Shown: piece after piece, positions 50,646 through 59,285 of the stretch
Numbering within the stretch: position 1 is the first letter of the stretch
Layout: each line of letters opens with the position of its first letter
From: an uncultured virus (IMG/VR IMGVR_UViG_3300020460_001007)
Taxonomy: Duplodnaviria > Heunggongvirae > Uroviricota > Caudoviricetes
DNA: 64,000 nt
Reading direction: 5' to 3' (one strand)
IMG/VR virus record: IMGVR_UViG_3300020460_001007
The notes under the pieces: generated by a model
The model's database searches: none
Seen by the model: only the letters and a program-made list of their open reading frames with translations
What the model was told of the DNA's origin: nothing
Translations under genes and position numbers: made by a program

Positions 50646-50690
50646 TAACAATCCACACAACTAAGAAGCATAATTACAGATGGAACAGTC
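50605..50690 (+). repeat. Imperfect ~35-bp direct repeat, 51-nt period
   Basis: cacaactaagaagtatgattacagatggagcaatc versus cacaactaagaagcataattacagatggaacagtc. Confidence 0.85.
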
Positions 50691-50925
50691 GACCTCGGAA
50701 AGTAAAGATGTACCAAGCATCAGTATCATTGATATAACAGAATCTCCTAACGGAGAGGCAAATATAAGTTTCGAAGTTAGTGATGATTTTATTGAAATGG
50801 TGCGAAAAGAAAAAAACATAGAAGATGTAACTCAAGAAATATTGTCAGAATATGTAAATGATTTACTATCAAAGTGTGCAAATAAAACAGATGGATATGA
50901 CTATACAAAACTTCCACAAAATTAA
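50680..50925 (+). CDS. Small hypothetical phage protein
   Basis: 81 aa, ESPNGEANISFEVSDD. Confidence 0.65.
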   Translation: MEQSTSESKDVPSISIIDITESPNGEANISFEVSDDFIEMVRKEKNIEDVTQEILSEYVNDLLSKCANKTDGYDYTKLPQN

Positions 50926-50954
50926 AAAAATATATAAATTTATTAAAACAAATA

Positions 50955-50983
50955 TTGACAATTAATGCTAAAAAAACTAATAT
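50955..50983 (+). promoter_or_regulatory. Sigma70-type promoter for clamp/clamp loader
   Basis: TTGACA-17 nt-TAATAT, 7 nt before ATG 50991. Confidence 0.6.
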
Positions 50984-50990
50984 ATAAATT

Positions 50991-51716
50991 ATGAAAAAAG
51001 AAAAAGTACTACAATTCATTTCACGTTACAATCTTAATGGTAACGTAGAATCAGTTAAGTGGGAAACTAACGGAGACAACGTATGTGAAACCACCTTCAT
51101 CACCGATGACAAGAGTGTCCTTGGTAAAGTATCTACAAAAGATTTTGAGATCACAGAAGGAGAGTTGGGTGTATATGACACTGCACAACTCAAGAAGCAA
51201 CTTTCGGTGGTCGGTGATGACATTAACATTGAAGTCGTTGAGAAAAACGAAAAGAATGTCGGAGTTAACATTTCAGACGGCACTCTCGATACAGACTTCA
51301 TGCTTGCTGATTTGGCAGTAATTCCAAATGTTCCTGCACTGAAGGATCTTCCGAAATTTGATTTGCAAATTCCGGTTAGTAATGATTTTGCAAAAACATT
51401 TGTTCGTTCGGCAAACGCATTGAGTGATTGTGATACATTCACGATTGTTCCAAACAAAAAGGGAATTCAACTCGTAATTGGATATTCAACAATCAATAGC
51501 AATAGAATTTCTCTCAATGCAATTAACGAAGGATCGGGTACGATCACAGATCCAATTAGTTTTTCCGCAAAATATTTTAAGGAAATTCTAAATGCGAATA
51601 GTGATGCCGAAAAGAGTGTATTGAATGTCAGTTCTAAAGGCATTGCAAGTATTAACTTTGAAGTAGGTGACTTCCGCAGTGACTATTACTTGGTTGAGAT
51701 TCAGACAACCGATTAA
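50991..51716 (+). CDS. DNA polymerase sliding clamp (gp45/PCNA-like)
   Basis: 241-aa acidic two-domain size, LGVYDTAQL, FSAKYFKEIL..LNVSSKG..DYYLV; coupled to the clamp loader. Confidence 0.8.
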   Translation: MKKEKVLQFISRYNLNGNVESVKWETNGDNVCETTFITDDKSVLGKVSTKDFEITEGELGVYDTAQLKKQLSVVGDDINIEVVEKNEKNVGVNISDGTLDTDFMLADLAVIPNVPALKDLPKFDLQIPVSNDFAKTFVRSANALSDCDTFTIVPNKKGIQLVIGYSTINSNRISLNAINEGSGTITDPISFSAKYFKEILNANSDAEKSVLNVSSKGIASINFEVGDFRSDYYLVEIQTTD

Positions 51717-52672
51717 TGAATTTCTTAGAGGAAACATCGCAGTCTCCAGTTGAATCGGAAAATAGTCTTTGGGTTGAGAAATATCGACCCAAAGACTTAT
51801 CCGATTATATTGGGAACGAACCCTTAAAGAAACGAGTTGCATCTTGGATTGAGTCCAAAGACATTCCTCATTTGCTTTTGTATGGCAAAGCAGGTACGGG
51901 TAAAACAACACTAGGTAAGTTAATTACCAAGCAAGTTCCATGTGATTATCTGTACATCAATGCAAGTGATGAAAACAATGTTGAAACAGTGCGTACCAAG
52001 ATTAAGTCGTTTGCAAGTAGCATGGGGTTTAATGATATCAAAGTCGTATTACTTGATGAGTGTGACTTTCTAACAGGAAATGCTCAGGCCGCATTGAGAA
52101 ACCTCATGGAGCAGTTTAGCATGACCACTCGGTTTATTCTTACATGTAATTACCACGAAAAGATTATCGAACCGATTGTCAGTCGTTGTCAGACATTCAA
52201 CATTGTTCCTCCCAATCGTAAAGATGTTGCAGTTCATCTTGCCAAGATTCTTGCAAAGGAATCTGTTAAAGCACAACCAGATGACATTGCATTGATTGTA
52301 AATAAAGGTTATCCTGACATTCGCAAGGTTATTAATAATGCTCAACAAAATAGCATCAATGGTACTCTTGAGATTGTCAAGGAAGACCTCATTGAAGGTG
52401 ACTATAAGTTAAAGTTGCTAGACATTTTAAAGAATGCATCCAAAGACAAAAAGACTGCATGGAAAGATGCTCGTCAACTTATTGCAAATGAAAAGATAAA
52501 CGACTTCACAGATGTCTATAAGTTTTTGTTTGATAATGTAGATGAATACGCATCCGGTAAAAGTGCAAACATTGTCATTATGCTTGACCAACAAACTTAC
52601 CACGATAGTTTGGTGGTTGATAAGGAAATCACCTTTGCATCAACGGTTGCACAAATAGTGCAGACACTTTAA
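51716..52672 (+). CDS. Clamp loader AAA+ subunit (gp44/RFC small)
   Basis: LWVEKYRP, GKAGTGKT, INASDE, LDECD, AQAALR, SRC. Confidence 0.96.
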   Translation: MNFLEETSQSPVESENSLWVEKYRPKDLSDYIGNEPLKKRVASWIESKDIPHLLLYGKAGTGKTTLGKLITKQVPCDYLYINASDENNVETVRTKIKSFASSMGFNDIKVVLLDECDFLTGNAQAALRNLMEQFSMTTRFILTCNYHEKIIEPIVSRCQTFNIVPPNRKDVAVHLAKILAKESVKAQPDDIALIVNKGYPDIRKVINNAQQNSINGTLEIVKEDLIEGDYKLKLLDILKNASKDKKTAWKDARQLIANEKINDFTDVYKFLFDNVDEYASGKSANIVIMLDQQTYHDSLVVDKEITFASTVAQIVQTL

Positions 52673-52704
52673 TTTTACACCGTGGTGTACAGAAGAATCA
52701 GTCT

Positions 52705-53721
52705 TTATGATTGATTCTTTTTTATTCGATGGTTTGCTAAATCACAATAATCAGAATTTAGTTCAAACCCAATAAAGTTTCTATTGGTATTCAGAGAAGC
52801 AATTGCTGTGCTTCCACTTCCCATATACGGATCAAGCACAATTGCATTTTCAGGACACACCAACGGAATAATTCTTTCAATCAAAGAACTTGGATACATA
52901 GCAGAATGATTTGTATTTTTATGATTACCAACTGCGTGACTTAATACATCTGTTTTCATTTTTTGTCCGTGCATACGAATAATTGTGAATCCTTGGTTCT
53001 TTAATTGATTAGTTCTTCCACCTTGCTGACCACCATACGCAGGTGCGTGAACACCACGAATCTTTATACGAAAGTCATACAACTCACCTTGTCTATATTC
53101 ATTGATAACTTTATTGATTTCTTGTTCAGCATATATCTTTTCAGAATCAGATAAATCAGATTCACTCAACATATCAAGATATTTTAACCCTTTTGTATCA
53201 GAACGATTACAACTTAAATCAATATCAGTTTTTTCATATTCATCTTTATTGTAGTAATAACCTTTTTCTAATGCAAAGTGAAAGAATGGTTCGGTAGAAT
53301 TAACAAGTCTTGTTTTACATTGATGAGGAGTTGGATTTGTTTTATGCCATTGAATAACATTCACCAAATATAAATTAAGTTCATTTTTAATGTGTTCCGC
53401 AAACTTATATGGAATAAGTTGAAGTCCATCGTTGGGTAAATACTTGTCACCAACATTATACAGAATACTACCCGTTGGTTTAACAACTCTTACAAGTTCT
53501 TTTACAACCTTGGTTAACGAGTATATATATTCGTCTATTGTTTCCTCTTCACCAACACTACTTCCATAATCTCTTTGCTGAAAATAAGGTGGTGACGTAA
53601 TGACACAATCAATGGAATTTGGTGGAAGTTCTTTACAAAGTTCATAACAATCACCATTAACAATTTGATTGAGATAAGGCATCGTAACCTCTTCAAAAAA
53701 AGGTTTTACATTAACAGACAT
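52705..53721 (-). CDS. Beta-class N4C-type DNA methyltransferase
   Basis: TSPPY, HSAMYP, LDPYMGSGST. Confidence 0.92.
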   Translation of the reverse strand: MSVNVKPFFEEVTMPYLNQIVNGDCYELCKELPPNSIDCVITSPPYFQQRDYGSSVGEEETIDEYIYSLTKVVKELVRVVKPTGSILYNVGDKYLPNDGLQLIPYKFAEHIKNELNLYLVNVIQWHKTNPTPHQCKTRLVNSTEPFFHFALEKGYYYNKDEYEKTDIDLSCNRSDTKGLKYLDMLSESDLSDSEKIYAEQEINKVINEYRQGELYDFRIKIRGVHAPAYGGQQGGRTNQLKNQGFTIIRMHGQKMKTDVLSHAVGNHKNTNHSAMYPSSLIERIIPLVCPENAIVLDPYMGSGSTAIASLNTNRNFIGFELNSDYCDLANHRIKKNQS

Positions 53722-53727
53722 GATGCT

Positions 53728-53756
53728 ATTATGACATTTACCCTTAAAATAGTCAA
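53728..53756 (-). promoter_or_regulatory. Sigma70-type promoter giving a probably leaderless MTase mRNA
   Basis: TTGACT-17 nt-CATAAT-6 nt-ATG. Confidence 0.7.
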
Positions 53757-53785
53757 TTTAATAAGGATGTATATATTTATAGTTG

Positions 53786-56506
53786 ATGGATAATGCCCAT
53801 ATAAAAGAAGCAAATGTAGAGCAAGACCTATATTATACAGGTATTGCCGAGAAAGCATTTGTGATCGTGCAGAACTTTCTTGCTAAAAACAAGAACAAAC
53901 TTGAAGGTGAAGGTGACGATAGTGTTATACATAAACCTTTTATGGCACTGAATCAATACAAGGGTGTTGCGGTTAGAGGTTCGGATATTGATAAAAACTT
54001 CCCTGGTTTAAGTGACTTGTTATTCGGTTTTATTCCAGCACAAGACAAAGGGGGTTACAAAATCAAAGGTGGGGTTGATCTTAAACCGATAAAAGTTGGT
54101 GGGGTTATGCACAAGGGTGCGTTGATAGTTGCCAATCTTATTGGTCCATATAACGGCAAATACATGGATACACGATTTTCAGGAAACAAAAGTGCATTCA
54201 TTCACGAATATGTACATTACTTAGATCATCTGCGGTATCGTAGTAAGGGTATAACCAAATCAATGGCAAGGTATTTGGATGCAGGAGACTATGAAGCATA
54301 CTACAATACACCAGAAGAATACAACGCATTCTATCAAGAGGGACAAAGTCAACTTGTTCGTATATGGAAAGGATTACCCGAAGACTTTAAAAAGAAAAAA
54401 TTGAAGAGTTACAAGCATTTTCAAGCTTGGGCAGTACATCAGATGGAATTCTTCGACCGTGACTTTATTACATACATCAACGACAAGTACCTAAAGAAGT
54501 TCAAGAAACGATTGGCAAATTTATATATGTATATACAGAAAGGGAATCTATCGGAAATCATTTCGGAAAGCAAAGTAAAGGTTGATGCTAATTCAATCAA
54601 GAAGTGGGCAAAGGATTTAAGAGTTCTTACGAAAGCATATAAGCAGATTGGTGATAATAGTGAAGACCCACAAACAATCAAAGACTTTAAAAAAGTGAGA
54701 AGAGCATTTGGTACATTTCAAGAAAACTTTGAACAATGGGTTTACAAATTCTTTTTACAGTACAAATGGATTGGTTCAAAAGAAAGAGTTGAAACTTGGG
54801 AAGAAAAAGAAGTTCGTGAAAAGTGCTGGAGAGCAGTTACAAGTCTTGGTGGAAACTTTCCAGAGATGTGGGACTTTCAAACTAAAAAGCATCGTGTAAG
54901 TCCACAACTACTTGCAAGAGAACGAGAAAAGAATATTCGAAGGTATCGTGCAGAATTCCGTTTGGGAATAAAAGCACTTCTTCAGTACATCGCAATTAAT
55001 GGTGACCAAGAACGAGAAAAACCAATCGAACAAGCACAAATAGGTCCTGTCAAGTTGGTTATTCACAACTTCAAAAGAAAAGGTGGAAGTCCTCAAGGAG
55101 AAGCAAGTCGTGAAAAAAGTTTCAAGGAGTTGGTAAATGGAATCAAGCATTGGTCAAAGAAAATTCAAAAAGCAGGATTCGGAAAGTGCATAGAAGGATT
55201 AACCGTTGATTTAGATTTCGGTCTAACATCAGATACGGGGGAAATGGTCAATGGTGAGTATTATATGAACAAAGATATGCTCAAGTTATATGGATGTGGA
55301 ATGACACAAGATACATTCACACACGAACTTGGTCATCGTTTTTGGTATCGCAATGTTCCATCCAATGCAAAGAAGCATTGGCAAGATACAATCAAAAGCA
55401 AGAAAGTATCTATTGAACGTAAAGATGTAGAAGATTATGTTAAAAAGTATTTTAATAAACACGGAGAAAGACTTCACAAAAGAAAAGCAGGGTTAAAAGT
55501 CATTGATAAAAAAGAAGACAACGCCGAGACCAAGGCTAAGTTCAAAGCAATGCAAATGTCATCCGTTTGGTCAACCGAGAACAGAAAAGAAGTTGTAACA
55601 AAATTAGCAGATAGATGGGTTGGTCCTGGTAAAGAAATTCCAATTGAACATATTACTAACTACGGAAACACAAATCCCGAAGAAGCATTTGCAGAAGCAT
55701 TTAAACTATATATAATAAAAGGACCAGGTAAACTCGGAGAGTGGACTCGTTGGTTCTTCAGAGAAATCGTTAGAACTGGTGGAGCAAATATAAACGAAAT
55801 GAAAATACAAGAAGTTAACATGAAGGATAGACCAAAAACTGGAGCACAAGTTTCCAAGATGCTAAAGGCAAAGGGATTCCCAGGAGTAAAGGTTCAAAAA
55901 GACAGAAGCACCAAGCACTACTATTTCGCAGCTGGTATAGCAGGATTCTTTTACGATTCAACAATTATGGATTATGATTTGCGAGTGAATGATTTCACAT
56001 ACGAACAATGGTGGAAAGAGTTCCACGAAATGTATCTTGCGAATGATATTCCTGCGGAAGAATTCCTTAATAAGAAATTGTTTCCCAAACACAACAAAGA
56101 CACAAAGCACCCAGATATGAAATACCTTAAAGATTTAAAACAAGAATCTCTCAATGAAGTCGCAATGAACAAAGACAATGTTCATGAGTTTATCAAGTTT
56201 GCAAAGAAAGCATTGCAATTAAAAGAAAAGGTATCGGTAAAACTTTTGGAAACTAGACATGAGAATATGACGGCTGCTTGCTATGACCCAAACACAAATG
56301 AGATTTCCATATATACAAAGGGAAGGGCGTACGCAGATGTTTGTAGAAGTATTGCACATGAATTGGTTCACCAAAAGCAAAACGAATTAGGTGTTCTTGA
56401 GGTTGATAGTGGACAAACGGGAAGTGACATTGAGAACGAAGCAAATGCGTGTGCCGGTATTATTATGAGAAATTTTGGTGAAATCGTAGGCAATTTATAC
56501 GATTAG
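53786..56506 (+). CDS. Polyprotein-like protein with three zincin (HExxH) metallopeptidase domains
   Basis: HEYVH..EEYNA, HELGH..EEAFAEAF, HELVH..ENEAN; ISE/INE/LNE linkers. Confidence 0.75.
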   Translation: MDNAHIKEANVEQDLYYTGIAEKAFVIVQNFLAKNKNKLEGEGDDSVIHKPFMALNQYKGVAVRGSDIDKNFPGLSDLLFGFIPAQDKGGYKIKGGVDLKPIKVGGVMHKGALIVANLIGPYNGKYMDTRFSGNKSAFIHEYVHYLDHLRYRSKGITKSMARYLDAGDYEAYYNTPEEYNAFYQEGQSQLVRIWKGLPEDFKKKKLKSYKHFQAWAVHQMEFFDRDFITYINDKYLKKFKKRLANLYMYIQKGNLSEIISESKVKVDANSIKKWAKDLRVLTKAYKQIGDNSEDPQTIKDFKKVRRAFGTFQENFEQWVYKFFLQYKWIGSKERVETWEEKEVREKCWRAVTSLGGNFPEMWDFQTKKHRVSPQLLAREREKNIRRYRAEFRLGIKALLQYIAINGDQEREKPIEQAQIGPVKLVIHNFKRKGGSPQGEASREKSFKELVNGIKHWSKKIQKAGFGKCIEGLTVDLDFGLTSDTGEMVNGEYYMNKDMLKLYGCGMTQDTFTHELGHRFWYRNVPSNAKKHWQDTIKSKKVSIERKDVEDYVKKYFNKHGERLHKRKAGLKVIDKKEDNAETKAKFKAMQMSSVWSTENRKEVVTKLADRWVGPGKEIPIEHITNYGNTNPEEAFAEAFKLYIIKGPGKLGEWTRWFFREIVRTGGANINEMKIQEVNMKDRPKTGAQVSKMLKAKGFPGVKVQKDRSTKHYYFAAGIAGFFYDSTIMDYDLRVNDFTYEQWWKEFHEMYLANDIPAEEFLNKKLFPKHNKDTKHPDMKYLKDLKQESLNEVAMNKDNVHEFIKFAKKALQLKEKVSVKLLETRHENMTAACYDPNTNEISIYTKGRAYADVCRSIAHELVHQKQNELGVLEVDSGQTGSDIENEANACAGIIMRNFGEIVGNLYD

Positions 56507-56530
56507 AAAAATACATACATATATATTCGC

Positions 56531-56899
56531 ATGAACATCATGCAGTATTTCACCAAAGAGGGATTGGCAAAGTATCTCAAAGACAATGGAATTACACAAG
56601 TAATTGCTGAGCCAATATTTGAAGACAAACTTAACGACTTGGCAGAGGAGGTAGTTTACTTTTCAGCAGATGAAACTTCAAAGTCACACAACGAAGCACT
56701 TGGAAAGAAAAAGAAAGCAACTAGAGGTGAAGCACCTATAAGTTCAACGGACGCACTAAAAACTAAATTAGAAGAACTTGGTGCGAATGAACTGAATTGT
56801 GTTGCTAGAATAACTGACAAATCTACCAAACAATTTAAGAGTGAGGGTCAGTTGACACCACTACATAGATTGGTATATACACCAGAGTCAAGTTCTTAA
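56531..56899 (+). CDS. Hypothetical protein
   Basis: 122-aa ORF after a TATA-rich spacer. Confidence 0.65.
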   Translation: MNIMQYFTKEGLAKYLKDNGITQVIAEPIFEDKLNDLAEEVVYFSADETSKSHNEALGKKKKATRGEAPISSTDALKTKLEELGANELNCVARITDKSTKQFKSEGQLTPLHRLVYTPESSS

Positions 56900-57367
56900 C
56901 ATTTTCCGTATTAACGTCTCTATAAGAACATATTTTTGGTCGGTATCGTTATTAACATTGGAAAATTTCCAGGTAACAACTGGCACCTCAACATTTCGTA
57001 GGTACTGAGGAAGTCTAACAGGTTGACCATTATCTGCAATGTATATAACCAACGTTGACTCATTTAATTCCTCTTCGGTTATGCGATAATACGTATGGTC
57101 GTAACACTCACCAGATATAACCTTCCTATATATACGTTCTAATGCCGGGTCGGATGCTCGCATGGGTACTCGATCACTTTGATTTTTTCTCATGGGAAGT
57201 CGAGCAAGAGCAGACTTTGGAGATGAAGTTGTTGCGGAACTTCCCCAGGTTCCTGCACTATATGTACTTGTTCTTCTATTCATTCCAGAATTTATATGAT
57301 TGTAGAATGCTTCGCAATACTTTGATAGATACTGATTTTTGGGGCATATAAATATAACAAGACTCAT
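56888..57367 (-). CDS. Degenerate low-molecular-weight phosphatase/ArsC-fold protein
   Basis: IFICPKNQYLS..EA..TYSAG..ITEEELNESTLVI; AAGGAG upstream. Confidence 0.5.
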   Translation of the reverse strand: MSLVIFICPKNQYLSKYCEAFYNHINSGMNRRTSTYSAGTWGSSATTSSPKSALARLPMRKNQSDRVPMRASDPALERIYRKVISGECYDHTYYRITEEELNESTLVIYIADNGQPVRLPQYLRNVEVPVVTWKFSNVNNDTDQKYVLIETLIRKMLRT

Positions 57368-57436
57368 CACCAATCTCCTTGTAAGAAGTTGACATAACCC
57401 TTGTTATTATTAAATATAATATATATTGTTTATTAG

Positions 57437-57880
57437 TTACTTCTTTTTAGATTTCTTTTCTTTCAATTCACCCTCGGCAACTCTGCGTCTAAGTGCAGAA
57501 CTACTGTAATCGTGCTTACGAGAATTATACATTACTTTGTCAAGATGTCCGGGTAAATCATGCCCAGTAAATGGTTTGTCTTTCCAATCGTCACCCACAA
57601 ACCGAACATCATAATCAATGCCTTTTAGAATCTCAATTAAATCCGATTCAGTTTCGTATGGAATAATTTCATCAACAAACTTACTTCCACGGAGTTGTAT
57701 ATATCTTTCTACAACCGATTGAATTGGTTTGTTTTTTTCCGCACGATCCAATTGAGGATTTGTGTGAAGACCTACGATTAAATAATCGCAATGACGTTTA
57801 CAATCTTCCATCATAAGCACATGACCCGCATGAAATACGTCCATTGCCCCACAAGTGAATCCTTTTATTATTTTTTCCAT
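57437..57880 (-). CDS. tagD: Glycerol-3-phosphate cytidylyltransferase-like protein
   Basis: GAMDVFHAGH, CDYLIVGL, KNKP, VDEIIPY, RKHDYSSS. Confidence 0.85.
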   Translation of the reverse strand: MEKIIKGFTCGAMDVFHAGHVLMMEDCKRHCDYLIVGLHTNPQLDRAEKNKPIQSVVERYIQLRGSKFVDEIIPYETESDLIEILKGIDYDVRFVGDDWKDKPFTGHDLPGHLDKVMYNSRKHDYSSSALRRRVAEGELKEKKSKKK

Positions 57881-58311
57881 TATAGTAAGTGTTTTATTTT
57901 ATCTTTAGTTATTCCAGTAGTGGCAACATCCACAACATTTAATCCGTGTTTTGTTGCATCATCTAAAATGGTTTTCAGATCATCAATTAAAACCATTTCA
58001 TTAAATTGTAAATTGAATTTATTTGCTACATAATCAAAATGTTTTTTCTTGCTCGGCCAAGTTGCTTCTATATATACAAAATCAAGATAATTTGGTGGAA
58101 ACAACATATCAAGATATTTTTCACATACCTCTTTTTTGTAACTTGCACTTGCAAATCCAATTATATATCCCTTCTTTTTTAATAAATCAATACATTCAAG
58201 TGCATCCGGATATAGACCGAGTTGTAATTGTTGTAATGTTTTTTCGTTACCCGACCAACTATCAAAGTTCCAAAAAGTACGATCAAGGTCAATCAAAACT
58301 GCCTTCGTCAT
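57880..58311 (-). CDS. HAD phosphatase, MDP-1-like
   Basis: IDLDRTFW, LYP, AS, KKKHF, LIDD. Confidence 0.8.
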   Translation of the reverse strand: MTKAVLIDLDRTFWNFDSWSGNEKTLQQLQLGLYPDALECIDLLKKKGYIIGFASASYKKEVCEKYLDMLFPPNYLDFVYIEATWPSKKKHFDYVANKFNLQFNEMVLIDDLKTILDDATKHGLNVVDVATTGITKDKIKHLL

Positions 58312-58314
58312 AAA

Positions 58315-59013
58315 TTAAATTTCCTTTAGAAGTTTATAGGTGTGTTCCCAATCGTCGACTTGAAACACTTTATCAGGTTCTTCAAGAATACTTGCAATGG
58401 GATAATCGTTACCACCTTTCTCAGTTTTATCCCCAAAAAAATGAATGATACCATCAAGTTTTCTTCGTATTTGAGATTTGTTTTTTCCATACTCATGTAT
58501 GTCCACACTTATTTGACCACCGGCAGTGGCTTCTAATTCAGGAAACATGGTGGTAAGTGATTTACATATAAACTCACGTTCCCGATGTTCGTTGTCCCAT
58601 TCATTGTAAGCAAGTCGTTGTTCTTGTGTACAATTTCTCCCAACAACACTTATGTTAAGAAGACCCACTCGTTCTTCTATGTGATTGCCTGCTTTAACAG
58701 GATACTTGCTAATGTCAATTAGGTTTTGGCAAGTGTCGATTAAACTCTTATTTGGTTGCCACTTACTAACTTCAATTAAATCACCCTGTCTATATACTAC
58801 ATTACCACCACATTGGTGAGACTCGGTTACTTCTCTCCATATATCCACACCCACTTGTTCTATTGTTTTGTCGTGGTCAGACCCAGTTAGAAGATATACA
58901 TTTTTATCTTTAATCCAACTTCTAAAGAACTTCGCAAACTCAACATCCATTTTCAATCTACTTGGAGTAAGAGTTCCGTCAACATCAAATACGTAATTTA
59001 TTCGTCTAGCCAT
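58315..59013 (-). CDS. HAD-IIB eukaryote-type phosphomannomutase (PMM2/Sec53-like)
   Basis: FDVDGTLTPSR, GSD, IEER..LNIS..GR, GGQISVDI, FFGDKTEKGGNDY. Confidence 0.88.
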   Translation of the reverse strand: MARRINYVFDVDGTLTPSRLKMDVEFAKFFRSWIKDKNVYLLTGSDHDKTIEQVGVDIWREVTESHQCGGNVVYRQGDLIEVSKWQPNKSLIDTCQNLIDISKYPVKAGNHIEERVGLLNISVVGRNCTQEQRLAYNEWDNEHREREFICKSLTTMFPELEATAGGQISVDIHEYGKNKSQIRRKLDGIIHFFGDKTEKGGNDYPIASILEEPDKVFQVDDWEHTYKLLKEI

Positions 59014-59195
59014 GGTTTTCCTAAAATTTCAGTTTGTAAATCTTTACTTAACATATTAAATAAGTATTTGATTTCTTGTATATGACACAATGATTCGAGA
59101 GTAGTGTCTTTAAATCCTTCTTTTCTTCGGTGTCTTAATTTATATGCAATAGATTCCATTCTATCGGTAATTTCAGTTTCATTAAATTCTCCCAT
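58998..59195 (-). CDS. Small hypothetical protein
   Basis: 65 aa; TATTTAT 4 nt upstream. Confidence 0.55.
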   Translation of the reverse strand: MGEFNETEITDRMESIAYKLRHRRKEGFKDTTLESLCHIQEIKYLFNMLSKDLQTEILGKPWLDE

Positions 59196-59226
59196 GCTAA
59201 TAAATATTATAAAAAGTAGTTTTTAT

Positions 59227-59260
59227 AAAAAAAAGAACGAAGTCACTAAAACTCCGTTCT
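59227..59260 (-). terminator. Rho-independent terminator after dnaK
   Basis: AGAACGGAGT-TTTAGTG-ACTTCGTTCT hairpin followed by a U run. Confidence 0.85.
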
Positions 59261-59285
59261 TCTATAAGTTGGTGAGGGTTATCTA

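Noticed and set aside
50605..50690. Direct repeat as a DGR template/variable pair
   Set aside because: Too short, mismatches are not adenine-specific in one copy, and no reverse transcriptase is present.
57389..57420. Plus-strand TTGACA as an antisense promoter
   Set aside because: The nearest TATAAT is 20 nt away and there is no plus-strand gene; weak in an AT-rich spacer.
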